Shown here piece by piece: positions 28,611-39,096 of a DNA stretch of 64,000 nucleotides (its first letter is position 1; each line of letters opens with the position of its first letter). This DNA comes from an uncultured Planctomycetia bacterium (lineage in GTDB: Bacteria; Omnitrophota; Gorgyraeia; Duberdicusellales; Duberdicusellaceae), in contig CAZWJT010000007.1 of the NCBI GenBank assembly GCA_964634935.1, positions 13,808 through 77,807 of the forward strand, read 5' to 3'. Position numbers and translations under genes: made by a program. The notes beneath the pieces were generated by a model. The model saw nothing but the letters and a program-made list of their open reading frames with translations, was not told where the DNA came from and did no database searches.

Positions 28611-30147
28611 TGTCCCGAAGACCCTCTACGCGCCGCCTGCGAGAAAAGTTCGCTCTTCTTCCGAATATTTCAAATATTTTGTTGGGATTGTTTGTGTTGC
28701 GATTTTCGCCTACGTTATTCGCCAGGGAACGTTTGCCACCCAACAGCTTCGAACGGTTGTCGGGTTAAGCGGTTCATTCGCGATTTTTCTCCTTTCGTTT
28801 TATTTCCCGCTCGTTCCGCTTTTTATTTTTCTTGCCTATAATCCTTTTAGCTCCGCTATGCCTGCGGATTTCGGCAGTATTATGCGAGCGTTAAATCTGA
28901 CAAATATTCTGCTTGTGAGTTGTTTTGTGGGGTGGGTTTCATTATCAATACGCGGTAAGCAGAAATTTTGGCATCACAGTGAACTGGGACGGGCAATTGC
29001 TGTTTTTCTTTTGCTGGTTACTTTCTCTTATTTGTACGGTACTGTGCAATTTGGTGGGTCTTATTTTACCGCGAATATATGGGGGTTTAAGCGCTGGACT
29101 ACCCCGTTTATTACGTATTATTTCATTTATAATCTTGTTCGTGACCGGGAGAATTTCAAGGTTGCTCTTATGATTATGCTGTTGATTATTCCGGTACAGG
29201 CACATCTGGGGCTTGAAAGTCAGGGTGAGGTTTGGCACTATTCACATGAGAGCCGCATGGAAGGTTCTTTTGGCCACTCCAATACCATGTCGGCTTTCAT
29301 CTGCTATTATATTTTTTACCATCTCGGCATCGCGTTTACTCATATCAAGAATTTCCGTTACTGGTTTTTATTTCTTGCTTTGATTCCCGGGATTAAAGGC
29401 ATCCTCTACACGTTTTCGCGCGGAGGGTACATTGGTTTTTCTGCCGGGTGCCTTGTCGTTTCATTTCTGTGGCGCCGTTCAATGATTGCTGTGGTGCTTT
29501 TAGGAATGATTTTTCTCTATTTTAACCAAGAATTTCTACCTCAGGCCGTTCAGGAGCGGTTGGCGATGACCATGCAGAAAGATCAAAGTGTTATTTACGG
29601 TGAGGAGAAGGAGATTTTAGAGCAGAGCGCTGCTGCTCGCCTGGCGATCTGGGAAGGGGGTTTTAAGATGATTTTGGAGAATCCTTTTCTTGGACTTGGT
29701 TTTGCAACCTTCCGTTTTGCTATACCTTGGTATGCCAATACGTTCGGCTTGCAGCTTGATGCTCACAATGCCTATCTTTTGATGGCAGCAGAAAACGGCA
29801 TTCCGACTCTGTGCGTTCTTTTCTGGATGTTTTCTATTATTGTCCGTGCTTCGTGGAGAATTTTGAAGCAGAGCGATGATTTACTGTACCAAGGGGTTGC
29901 TTTAGGCGCGATTACCTCGGTTGTTACCTTTGTTATTGTGAATTGTTTCGGCTCGCGCATCTACGAAGAAGCATTGGTGACCTATTTCTGGAGTTTTGGG
30001 GCTTTAGTGATGTTTATGCAAGATGATGTTCGGAGGAAAGCCCAAGAGGGCGAATGCTCTCAGGAAGCCGAACAGAGAAAGGACGTTACATACGCTGATC
30101 TTTTTGATTCACGATGGGGCAAAGGAGCCTATGATCGCGGGCAATGA
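28603..30147 (+). CDS. O-antigen ligase/Wzy_C-family polysaccharide polymerase-like membrane protein
   Basis: Polytopic membrane protein with Wzy_C signature …H.HN…(FSRGG)… and a large periplasmic loop. ATG 28603 overlaps the kinase stop. Confidence 0.65.
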   Translation: MSDVPKTLYAPPARKVRSSSEYFKYFVGIVCVAIFAYVIRQGTFATQQLRTVVGLSGSFAIFLLSFYFPLVPLFIFLAYNPFSSAMPADFGSIMRALNLTNILLVSCFVGWVSLSIRGKQKFWHHSELGRAIAVFLLLVTFSYLYGTVQFGGSYFTANIWGFKRWTTPFITYYFIYNLVRDRENFKVALMIMLLIIPVQAHLGLESQGEVWHYSHESRMEGSFGHSNTMSAFICYYIFYHLGIAFTHIKNFRYWFLFLALIPGIKGILYTFSRGGYIGFSAGCLVVSFLWRRSMIAVVLLGMIFLYFNQEFLPQAVQERLAMTMQKDQSVIYGEEKEILEQSAAARLAIWEGGFKMILENPFLGLGFATFRFAIPWYANTFGLQLDAHNAYLLMAAENGIPTLCVLFWMFSIIVRASWRILKQSDDLLYQGVALGAITSVVTFVIVNCFGSRIYEEALVTYFWSFGALVMFMQDDVRRKAQEGECSQEAEQRKDVTYADLFDSRWGKGAYDRGQ

Positions 30148-30201
30148 GAGAGATGGCGGGATTGCTATGCGCAAGCTCCATTGATACTTTAGGGGCATAG
30201 T

Positions 30202-31953
30202 ATGGTTAAATCACCGGGTAGGAAAAATTGTCTTTTCTTTCTTTGTGGTATCATTGGTGTTGCATTCGTCTTGCGAGTTTTTTCTATCGCCGATGAGCTG
30301 CCAAATCATTACTATATTGATGAGAATAATTACGTATATATGGCTCTGCGTTTTGGAACCGGAGATTTGAACCCGCATGAATTTATTAATCCCGCTTTTT
30401 TTCAATACATCCTTTTTTTCCTCTACGGAGTTTATTTTTTAATAGGAAAAGCCTTTACTGTTTTTAAGTCGTCTTCAGACTTTCTGCTGTTTTATTTAAC
30501 TGATCCTACCAACTTTTTTCTTATCGGCAGATTTTTTTCCGCCGCGGTAGGAAGTCTAACTTGTTTTTTAATCTATCGTATTTTAAGAAAAACCACCCGA
30601 GATGTGCGATTTGCTCTTTTGGGCGGCCTTGCCTATGCTTGTTTACCGTTCTGTGTTAAGTATGCTCATTTTGCGACGGTTGAGACACTTCTTGTGTTCT
30701 TAATTCTTCTTTCGTTCTATTTCTTCATTTCATTCATTCAGGAGCGGCGTATATCTTTTTTTTACCTTGGGAGTTTCTTTATCGGGCTTGCCTGTGGAAC
30801 AAAATACTCTGCTTTCATTCTTTTCGTTGTTTTTCTTGTGAGTTTTTTCTATGGGAATTCCGCGCAGAAGAGACTGGTAACATTTTCTCTCGGGCTTATA
30901 GCGGTATTCTTCGGATTCTTTATCAGTTCGCCCTATTGCATCCTGGACTTTTCTAGTTTTATCCGCGATATGCGTTCGCAGGCAATCGCAATGACTACGG
31001 GGTACTGGGGCTGGGAGGAGGGGGCGCATACGTATTGGCACCAGCTTTCCATCAATATCCGCTATGGCATGGGGTTATTTCTCGAACTTGCCGCTTTTGC
31101 CGGAATTATTTTAAGTGTTTTTCGTCGCCAACGCGAAGATATCCTTATCCTAAGTTTTGTGCTTCCATTCTATATCTGGATTGGGAAGAACGTTTTAACC
31201 TATGAACGCTTTGTGCTTCCGCTTTTTCCTTTCTTGCTTATTCTCGGGATACATTTCTTCGCTTGGTTTCAAAGGCGGTGGTTTGCGATTTTGCGTATCG
31301 GGAGCATTCCCTTCCTTTCCTGCGTAATTTTAATATCGGTTGCCAAGGAGATTTATATCATCAAGCGGGAGTTTTTTCTTCCAGCAACCTTTACCCTGGC
31401 AAGACAATGGTGCGAAGACCGCATTTTGCCCGGAAGTAGAATCCTCGTGGACACGCTTTGTCCCCAACTTCAGCAGAATACCATAAGCCTTGAGCGATAT
31501 CATCGATGGAAGCACGAAGGTGTGCGTGAGGAGTTTTCTTACCGAGAACACCGCTCGTCGTACTTTGCCTTACAGAATGAAGCAGCCCGCAGGAAACCAA
31601 TCACGTACGACATTACTTATATTCCGCATCCGGCCGCCTATCTGCCCGGAGAGCGGGAGTATTTTGAAACATGGATGAACTTAGACCGCGCCAGGGCGAT
31701 TGTCGATCCCTATCGGTATGATTATGTAATTGTGAATACGGAATTTTTAAGCCATTATATAGGTAAAGAAAAACTTCCCAAGAAGTTTAAATTTATGGCT
31801 GATTTTTATCAGCAGGTTGCGAATGAGTGCATCCGCATTGGAGAGTTTGCCGATAGAGGGGCGAGCATTGGAAGCACCATTTGGATTTTTGAAGTTCCCA
31901 AAAGGCGCCTGGCGGGAATCGAATTATCCGTTCGGAAATATTCTACAAAATAA
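30202..31953 (+). CDS. GT-C fold glycosyltransferase (PMT/ArnT-like, GT39/83)
   Basis: Loop-1 DE motifs (SIADELPNHYYIDENNYVYMA), many N-terminal TM helices, C-terminal soluble domain. Confidence 0.6.
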   Translation: MVKSPGRKNCLFFLCGIIGVAFVLRVFSIADELPNHYYIDENNYVYMALRFGTGDLNPHEFINPAFFQYILFFLYGVYFLIGKAFTVFKSSSDFLLFYLTDPTNFFLIGRFFSAAVGSLTCFLIYRILRKTTRDVRFALLGGLAYACLPFCVKYAHFATVETLLVFLILLSFYFFISFIQERRISFFYLGSFFIGLACGTKYSAFILFVVFLVSFFYGNSAQKRLVTFSLGLIAVFFGFFISSPYCILDFSSFIRDMRSQAIAMTTGYWGWEEGAHTYWHQLSINIRYGMGLFLELAAFAGIILSVFRRQREDILILSFVLPFYIWIGKNVLTYERFVLPLFPFLLILGIHFFAWFQRRWFAILRIGSIPFLSCVILISVAKEIYIIKREFFLPATFTLARQWCEDRILPGSRILVDTLCPQLQQNTISLERYHRWKHEGVREEFSYREHRSSYFALQNEAARRKPITYDITYIPHPAAYLPGEREYFETWMNLDRARAIVDPYRYDYVIVNTEFLSHYIGKEKLPKKFKFMADFYQQVANECIRIGEFADRGASIGSTIWIFEVPKRRLAGIELSVRKYSTK

Positions 31954-33107
31954 TGCGCGTCCAATCAGAGCCGCTCACAAACGTAAAGAGATGCTTCATT
32001 ACCGCAGGTAAGATAGGTTTCTGGTTTTTGGAGTATTGGAATTATCTGTGTACCTGTGTTCGGCTCTGGCGAATCCCTCAGAAAAAAGTCTGCAATATTT
32101 TAGTTGTGCGGTATTCGGGTTTGGGGGATATCCTTATGGCTTCAGTGGTGCTTTCGCAATTACACAAGAAGTACCCAAACGCAAAAATCTCTTTTTTTAC
32201 GAGTAACGACGGATTTACTCTGCTTCAGAATCATCCGTTGATAGACCGAATCTATACTGATGAGGCAGTTTTTCAAGAGGCCCAACAGGTATTTGATCTG
32301 GTGATTAACCTGCAGGTTTTCGATAATGCTCCAGAGGTAAGAACATTAATGCAATATGTTCGCGCCCGGGTTTTTCTAGGGCGTTGTTTTTCGCGTTCCG
32401 GAAGATACGCCTATGTACCTGAAGGGCTCTACATGAAAACCTGGGTTAAGAAGTTTTTTTCTATTGCGGGGCTTTCTTGCCGCGGCAGAGACGTGACGGA
32501 CGAATCGTTCTGCGGTTTTTCAGGCTGTTTGCCTGATATTTTATCAGAAAGTAGAGGACAATATCAAGAGGTCGTAGGGATTGGAATTGCTGATACTGCC
32601 AAGGAATGGGTTTTTATCCGCAATTTTTCCATCGATTATTTGAGAAGATTATGCCAGACGCTTTCGGCTCCGGGTCGGTGTATATACTTATTCGGTACCC
32701 TTGGCCAAGAAGATGAAGAGCGTGTAAGGAATATTTCTTCGGAATTACCGTCGGTAGTGAATTTGGTCAATAAAACATCACTGAGCGAATTATTCGGGTA
32801 TCTACGACAGTGCGATTGTTTGGTAACAGTTAATTCTTTTTTCATGCATGCGGCTTTTTGCTGTAACATTCCGGTTGTTGTACTCAGCGGTGGAGTGAAC
32901 TGGCGGGAATTTTTTCTCTCACCGAGAGAGAAATCCTATAGTATAATTGAGGGAGAAAAAGTCTGTGTTCCCTGCGAGTTCTATCCCTTAAAAGAGTGCA
33001 ATCAAACGAAGACAGCACATTGCATTGAAGAGATATCGCCGAGGAAAGTGCTCGATGAAATTGAAGTATTTTTACATAACCTAAAAAAGAGCAAAAATTC
33101 ACCGTGA
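31953..33107 (+). CDS. Glycosyltransferase family 9 (heptosyltransferase-like)
   Basis: ILVVRYSGLGDILM (GT9 N-terminal signature) and a C-terminal GT-B half. Exact start uncertain; likely an internal alternative start. Confidence 0.65.
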   Translation: MRVQSEPLTNVKRCFITAGKIGFWFLEYWNYLCTCVRLWRIPQKKVCNILVVRYSGLGDILMASVVLSQLHKKYPNAKISFFTSNDGFTLLQNHPLIDRIYTDEAVFQEAQQVFDLVINLQVFDNAPEVRTLMQYVRARVFLGRCFSRSGRYAYVPEGLYMKTWVKKFFSIAGLSCRGRDVTDESFCGFSGCLPDILSESRGQYQEVVGIGIADTAKEWVFIRNFSIDYLRRLCQTLSAPGRCIYLFGTLGQEDEERVRNISSELPSVVNLVNKTSLSELFGYLRQCDCLVTVNSFFMHAAFCCNIPVVVLSGGVNWREFFLSPREKSYSIIEGEKVCVPCEFYPLKECNQTKTAHCIEEISPRKVLDEIEVFLHNLKKSKNSP

Positions 33108-34528
33108 GCAAGAGATTAAAAGTTTTACTGCTGAAGCCGTTTAATTTAAGTGATCATATCCAGCCGGCTCTTGGCCTTGGCTATCTTGCTACAGCGGTAC
33201 GGGAAAATCACGATATCAAGATACTTGATTGCATTAAAGAAAAAGTTTTCGGGGAGAGACTTCTCGAATATATTCGGGTTTTTCAGGCCGATATAGTCGG
33301 TTTTCAAATTTATACGTATGATTTGGCGCGCGTCCGTGCTGAATTAAAAGCAATTAAGGAACATTTTCCTCTGATGATTACTGTTGCCGGAGGGCCGCAT
33401 CCAAGCGCCTTGGCGCATGATACCATCCGTCACATGAGAGGAAACTTAGATTTTGTTTTTTGCGGAGAAGCGGAGCGAAGCTTCCCAAAATTTCTCGATT
33501 TATTGGCGTCAAACGCTTCTTCGACAATCCGAGATCTTCAGCAAGGTGATTTAATGAAAATTCCCGGGCTTACCTGGGTTAAACAGGGGCAGGGATTCTC
33601 TAGCCCTCCGGAATTAATTCAGAATCTAGACCAACTTGGTTTTCCGGCATGGGATTTGATCCGGCCGCACACCTATCCTGAGGCTCAGCATGGAGCGTTT
33701 TTTAAGAATTTTCCTATTGCGCCAATCATGACCGGACGTGGTTGTCCTTGTCCCTGTACTTTTTGTGCCGGTCACATCATTACTGGCCGGCGTATTCGCA
33801 AGCGGAGCGTCGAGAATGTTATCGAGGAGATTAAGATTCTGACGCGCGACTATCGGATTCGAGAAATTCATATCGTTGATGACAATTTTACGATTGAGAA
33901 GAAGTATGTCATGAATTTTTGTGAGCAGCTTCTGCGGGAAAATATTAAAATTAGCTGGGCTACCCCTAATGGCGTACGCATTGATTCTCTTGACCGTGAA
34001 ATGCTTTTGATGATGAAGAAAAGCGGGTATTATCTCGCGTCTGTCGGGATTGAGTTTGGCTCAGAGCGTATGCTTCAGATAACCGAAAAGCACTTGACTC
34101 AGCAGAAAATTCGCGAAGGAATCGAGCTAATCAGAGGTACCGGGCTTGACGTTGCCGGATTCTTCATGATCGGATATCCCGGAGAGCGGAAAGAAGAAAT
34201 AGAAAAAACAATAGAATTTGCTTTGAGTTTGCCGCTTATCCGCGCTAACTTCTTTATTTTTCTTCCTCTCCCGGGCACTGAGGTATATCAAGAACTTGAG
34301 AAAAAGCTCGAACTCGGTAAGGTTGACTGGGAGCATTTTTATTTTACCCATCCCGCGTATACGTATGGAGGTTTTTCACCGGGCGAGCTTAAAAACTTTC
34401 AGCGGACAGCTTTTCTTAAATTTTATCTCAGGCCGCATATTTTTCTTGAAAACTTGAAGCAAATCAAAAGCATACGCCAGTTTAAATATCTGCTCCGCCG
34501 GGGTTACCGGTGGATTCTTGCTTGGTAA
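33104..34528 (+). CDS. B12-binding-domain radical SAM protein
   Basis: N-terminal cobalamin-binding Rossmann-like region, then CPCPCTFCAG (CxxxCxxC) radical SAM cluster motif. Confidence 0.8.
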   Translation: MSKRLKVLLLKPFNLSDHIQPALGLGYLATAVRENHDIKILDCIKEKVFGERLLEYIRVFQADIVGFQIYTYDLARVRAELKAIKEHFPLMITVAGGPHPSALAHDTIRHMRGNLDFVFCGEAERSFPKFLDLLASNASSTIRDLQQGDLMKIPGLTWVKQGQGFSSPPELIQNLDQLGFPAWDLIRPHTYPEAQHGAFFKNFPIAPIMTGRGCPCPCTFCAGHIITGRRIRKRSVENVIEEIKILTRDYRIREIHIVDDNFTIEKKYVMNFCEQLLRENIKISWATPNGVRIDSLDREMLLMMKKSGYYLASVGIEFGSERMLQITEKHLTQQKIREGIELIRGTGLDVAGFFMIGYPGERKEEIEKTIEFALSLPLIRANFFIFLPLPGTEVYQELEKKLELGKVDWEHFYFTHPAYTYGGFSPGELKNFQRTAFLKFYLRPHIFLENLKQIKSIRQFKYLLRRGYRWILAW

Positions 34529-34584
34529 GAATGGAGTTCTTTTCTTTCCCGGTTTTTCTTTTATAATAGGGAACACTGTAATGT

Positions 34585-35277
34585 ATGTTGGAGAAAAAGA
34601 TGCACGATAAAAAAATATCTGTGGTAATTCCCGCACGCAATGAAGCTCCTACTATTTGTGAGATTATCAGCGAAGCCAAGAAAGTTGCCTGGGAAGTGTT
34701 GGTAATCGATGGTAATTCGTCTGACGATACCGCTTCTTTGGCCGTTCAGGCTGGAGCGCGTCTTATTCGGGATGAGGGAAAAGGAAAAGGACGAGCTGTC
34801 CGTTTGGGAATTCAGGAAGCACAGGGCGATGTTATTGTATTTATTGATGCTGATGGTTCACATGACCCACGGGATATCTCCCGTCTCGTCCAGCCGATCT
34901 TTGATGATACTGCAGATATGGTGATTGCTTCACGGAGTACAGGCGGGAGCGATGAGCTTCATGGGACAGTCAATAAATTTTTGAGGCTCATTGGGAGCGA
35001 AATTATAACGCTTATTATCAATATTCGTTTCCGACAAACATTGACAGATACCCAAAATGGATTTCGCGCACTTCGAGCCCCAGCCGCAAAGAGTATTCGG
35101 CTTACTGAAAATATCACCACGATAGAGCAAGAGATGGTAATTAAGTTTTTAAAGAAGAACTACCGGATTGTTGAAGTTTCAAGTCACGAGTATGAGCGGA
35201 AATATGGTAAATCAGTAATCGTACTCAGGCGCGTTTGGTTTCGCTATGTGTATTCTGTTATAAAAAATATTTTTTAA
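34585..35277 (+). CDS. Glycosyltransferase family 2 (Dpm1/polyprenyl-phosphate sugar synthase-like)
   Basis: KISVVIPARNE…VIDGNSSDDT…FIDADGSHDP (DxD) motifs. Confidence 0.8.
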   Translation: MLEKKMHDKKISVVIPARNEAPTICEIISEAKKVAWEVLVIDGNSSDDTASLAVQAGARLIRDEGKGKGRAVRLGIQEAQGDVIVFIDADGSHDPRDISRLVQPIFDDTADMVIASRSTGGSDELHGTVNKFLRLIGSEIITLIINIRFRQTLTDTQNGFRALRAPAAKSIRLTENITTIEQEMVIKFLKKNYRIVEVSSHEYERKYGKSVIVLRRVWFRYVYSVIKNIF

Positions 35278-35278
35278 T

Positions 35279-36379
35279 GTGAAGATTCCTGTTTTTTTCG
35301 AGCGTCTATACCGATATTGCTCATTCGGCACACGGCTTCTTCAGGCAAATTTTCTCTCGGGGACAGTTCCCTATAAGATAAACCTGATTGTTACTTACCA
35401 TTGTAATTCTCGCTGCAAGCATTGCGCTATTTGGCGCAAGGAACATGTTCCCGAACTCAGTGTTTTGGATTACCAAAAAATGCTCTCTCAGGTATCTGCG
35501 CATTGGATTGATGTAAGCGGGGGAGAGATAGTATTGAGAAAGGATATTCGGGATATTTTTCAGATTTGTCTCAATACTCAAAAAAGATTGGCACTCCTTC
35601 ATTTTCCCACGAATGGGTCTTTTCCTGAAAAAGTTTGGGAATTGTCACATGATATCGTGCGTATATTTCCCGGTAAACTTGTGGTGAGCGTAAGCCTTGA
35701 TGGGCCGCGTGGTCTGCACAACCAACTGCGGGGAACGGATTCCTGGGAGAAGGCGGTTGAAACCTTCAAACGTCTTCGGGAAATTACCAAGAAAAACTTT
35801 GGTGTTTTTTTCGGTTATACGATTTCTGAGGAAAATGCTTCCGTTCTCGAAGAAACTTTCCGTGATTTACGGCGGTATATTCCCAAGATTTCCTACAGAG
35901 ATATCCATATTAATATTGATCATATTAGTCCGCACTACTACGCAAATTCTTTCCGGAAGATCGACCGGGAAAAAGTATTGGCAGGCGTTTATCATTATGC
36001 ACGGAAGAGAACGTACGGTTTTGGGGTTTTTGAGTATCTTGAAAGAGCCTATCACCGTTCGATCGCGGGATATTTGAATCTGGGAAAGACCCCGCGTCAA
36101 TGCGTAGCTCTCCGTGATAGCGTCTTTATTGATCCATATGGTAATGTTTTTCCCTGTAGTATTTACGCTGAGAATTTAGGAAATATCAAGGAATATGATT
36201 TTAGTATTTCCAAGATATTGAGCTTGGAATCTGCGGGGCACCTGCGCAAAGAAATCCAAGGCGGTAAGTGTCCTCAGTGCTGGACGCCTTGTGAAGCGTA
36301 TCCAATGATTCTCGGATCTTTTTTTAAAAAACACAATCATTTCTTGGTGCAACGTAAAAGTAAAAATAATGCGTGCTAA
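35279..36379 (+). CDS. Radical SAM protein with C-terminal SPASM-like Cys cluster
   Basis: CNSRCKHC CxxxCxxC motif near the N-terminus; C-terminal CPQCWTPCEAYP auxiliary-cluster motif. Confidence 0.7.
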   Translation: MKIPVFFERLYRYCSFGTRLLQANFLSGTVPYKINLIVTYHCNSRCKHCAIWRKEHVPELSVLDYQKMLSQVSAHWIDVSGGEIVLRKDIRDIFQICLNTQKRLALLHFPTNGSFPEKVWELSHDIVRIFPGKLVVSVSLDGPRGLHNQLRGTDSWEKAVETFKRLREITKKNFGVFFGYTISEENASVLEETFRDLRRYIPKISYRDIHINIDHISPHYYANSFRKIDREKVLAGVYHYARKRTYGFGVFEYLERAYHRSIAGYLNLGKTPRQCVALRDSVFIDPYGNVFPCSIYAENLGNIKEYDFSISKILSLESAGHLRKEIQGGKCPQCWTPCEAYPMILGSFFKKHNHFLVQRKSKNNAC

Positions 36380-37445
36380 ATACGTTCGATTATTTTCCAA
36401 ATGCCTTCAGCAGAAACAATATGCGTATTTGTTCCGTCAGCCCTTTAAGCTTATTCAGCTTTTTTTTACCTACCATGGAGTTAAGCTTTCAAAAAAGAGG
36501 AAACCTTTTGTGGCCACCTTGATTCCAACGTATCGGTGCAACAGTAGCTGCCCGAAGTGCGTAAAAAAGGGGATGCACGATGTTATGCAGGAGATGACTA
36601 CCGAACAATTGAAGCGCGTCATCGATGAACTTCAGGCATTAGGTATTTCCGCGATTGATTTTACCGGGGGAGAACCGCTTCTCCGGGACGATCTCACGGA
36701 GCTTCTGCGGCATACCTCTGGCAAGGGGCTCCTCAGTCACTTAAACACAAACGGCTACTTGCTTACTCCGGAGCGTGTCCAGGATATAGTACAGAGCGGG
36801 GTAAACTCTATTAATGTTTCATTAGATAGTGTATCGCCGGAAAAGATGGAAGTTTTAACGGGTATCCCCGGAGCTTTGGCGAAAATTCAGGAAGGTTTAA
36901 TTTCTCTTCTTGCTGCTCGCGCGATGCGTCGCTCGCTTCTGGAAATAACAATTGTCACTGTACTGAGTAAAGAGAATCGGGATGAGCTTGAAGCGATTAT
37001 TGATTTTGCTCGAAAGATTGGAGTTGATGGGGTCAGTATCAATCCCTATCATGCGTTTCCTCGTCCCTTATCCGGCATACGGGATGATTCTTTTCAGGAG
37101 ACGATTGGGAAGCTGATGCGCTGGAAGAACCAAGGAGGGTTGCTTGAGAATAGCAAAGAGTATTTTTTTCTTTTACATAAGTTTTTTAAAGGTGAGCCGT
37201 TCCCCTTGCGCTGTTCAGCGGCTGATTCATACCTTATTATTGATACGTATCGGAGAATATTTCCTTGTTTCTGCTGGTTAGAGACGGGAGGCAGATCGAT
37301 TTCTTTTACAGATTCAATTCGCCAAGCAATCCAGTCAGAGGAATATCGGCAGATACTTGTCTCTGCGCGGTTGTGCCGTGCGTGCTATTGGAATTGTCAT
37401 GCGGAACTCAGTATTTTTCTTAACCCTTTTTTCCGTTATGTCTAA
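36369..37445 (+). CDS. Radical SAM protein with C-terminal SPASM-like Cys cluster (paralog)
   Basis: CNSSCPKC motif, GGEPLL SAM-binding motif, C-terminal CRACYWNCHAE; overlaps the previous gene. Confidence 0.7.
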   Translation: MRAKYVRLFSKCLQQKQYAYLFRQPFKLIQLFFTYHGVKLSKKRKPFVATLIPTYRCNSSCPKCVKKGMHDVMQEMTTEQLKRVIDELQALGISAIDFTGGEPLLRDDLTELLRHTSGKGLLSHLNTNGYLLTPERVQDIVQSGVNSINVSLDSVSPEKMEVLTGIPGALAKIQEGLISLLAARAMRRSLLEITIVTVLSKENRDELEAIIDFARKIGVDGVSINPYHAFPRPLSGIRDDSFQETIGKLMRWKNQGGLLENSKEYFFLLHKFFKGEPFPLRCSAADSYLIIDTYRRIFPCFCWLETGGRSISFTDSIRQAIQSEEYRQILVSARLCRACYWNCHAELSIFLNPFFRYV

Positions 37446-39096
37446 ACAGATAAAGGGTATACATCTTTTCATCATTCTTTTCAGCGCCCTTGTGATTCGT
37501 GTTTTTTTTCTCTCCGCATCGCATTTCCATATTCATTCTGATCATGCTACCTGGGCATTGATGGCTTTAGATTTTCTAAAAGGTAATTTTTATTTTTTTC
37601 CTGCCGGGCAAACGTTTGGCTCGCCGCTGGAGCCATTCTGTATGATTCCTTTTTTCAAGATAATCGGCAGCAATCACTATGCGGTGCGCGCCCTTGGCTT
37701 CGGAATTTCCATCGGCATTATTCTGGCGCATTATGGAATGATTCGCACGATGTTCCATAGAAGAATCGCCTTGCTCTCAGCGTGGTATTTTGCGCTTGGT
37801 CCTCAATTTCTGATCGAATGGACTTTAGAGGTTAGGGGAGGGAGGAGTCCAACGCTTATCTTTGGTCCGCTTATTCTGCTGGCGGGGTTTTTTATTTTAC
37901 GCTGTCCGGAACAAAAAAAACGGAGGCTTATCTTTCTTTATGCGTGGTGTGGATTTATTTCAGGGGTAGGGTATACAAACGACATGCTTGCTTTTACCTA
38001 TATAGGTACGTTTCTCCTTTGCGCATGTTTGCAGGATTTTCGAAGGATGGTAAAGCATTTAGTTTTTTTCCTGTTTCCGTTCTTTATCTTATATCTTCCG
38101 CATTTTTTCTACAATATAACCACAGGGGCCTCTACTTATGCGCATTTTTTCGGAATGATGAAATTATACAATCTTAAGTTTGTGCCGTTACGCATATTCC
38201 ATATGCTTGCAGAATCGTTTCCAGTGCTGATTGGCGCGCGCATCAGCCATTCATTCCAAGATTTCTTTCCCTTTCTCTCTATTCCGGTATCAGTTCTTTT
38301 TGTGGTCCTTTTTTTCCGGATGGGCAAGCTGTTTTTTGCGCATATCAGCAGGATTACTCCATGGACCAAAATCCCGCGGGCAAGAATTACTCAATGTTCA
38401 AAGCTGCTGGTTCTCAAAAATAATTTTATTGATGCGGTGCGGAATGCTGACCCCGTGGCGTATGCTTTTGTATTTTTGATTGTGCATTGCGGATTTTTCT
38501 TGGCTAGTAATTCCGGTGATCTCATTACGCACAGTCCAAGGTATCTTTTGCCGCTTTACAGTGTTCTTGTTCCGCTTTTTTTCTTTTTTCTTTTTCAGTT
38601 CCGGGCCAGGATCATTCGTTTTTTAGTTTGTGGGTTTGTTTTTTTGCTTAATCTCGGAAGCATTTTTGTGTATGCTCAAGAATGTTCTCTCCCGGGGACT
38701 CAGCGCGGCCAATGGACCGCTGATTTTCTTGATCAGAAGATGATTACCGAAACTTTACTGAGTCGGGATATACATCAGCTCTATGCCGATTATTGGATTT
38801 GCTACACAGTCGGATTTCTTTCTCAAGGACAAATTTTGGTTAGCCCTCTCTGTGGTCCAAACCGGGAAGATCGAAGGCCCTGGGATACAAAAACTATCCA
38901 GCAGACCAAGGTTCCAAAAGCGGTTATTTTTTCAATGGAAGCGGCTTACGAAGAATCCGGGTTTTTGGATTTTATCCGGAATATTCAAACACCGTATGTA
39001 CGGATCGATTTTGGGCGATTTCATGTTTATTTAACCAAAGCAATCATTTGTTTTTCAGAAAAGGGGGTGCCGTATGTCTGTGGAACGGACGATTGA
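37438..39096 (+). CDS. GT-C fold membrane glycosyltransferase (ArnT/PMT-like)
   Basis: Polytopic (more than 10 TM) protein with a C-terminal soluble domain; start at ATG 37438 overlapping the upstream stop. Confidence 0.5.
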   Translation: MSKQIKGIHLFIILFSALVIRVFFLSASHFHIHSDHATWALMALDFLKGNFYFFPAGQTFGSPLEPFCMIPFFKIIGSNHYAVRALGFGISIGIILAHYGMIRTMFHRRIALLSAWYFALGPQFLIEWTLEVRGGRSPTLIFGPLILLAGFFILRCPEQKKRRLIFLYAWCGFISGVGYTNDMLAFTYIGTFLLCACLQDFRRMVKHLVFFLFPFFILYLPHFFYNITTGASTYAHFFGMMKLYNLKFVPLRIFHMLAESFPVLIGARISHSFQDFFPFLSIPVSVLFVVLFFRMGKLFFAHISRITPWTKIPRARITQCSKLLVLKNNFIDAVRNADPVAYAFVFLIVHCGFFLASNSGDLITHSPRYLLPLYSVLVPLFFFFLFQFRARIIRFLVCGFVFLLNLGSIFVYAQECSLPGTQRGQWTADFLDQKMITETLLSRDIHQLYADYWICYTVGFLSQGQILVSPLCGPNREDRRPWDTKTIQQTKVPKAVIFSMEAAYEESGFLDFIRNIQTPYVRIDFGRFHVYLTKAIICFSEKGVPYVCGTDD

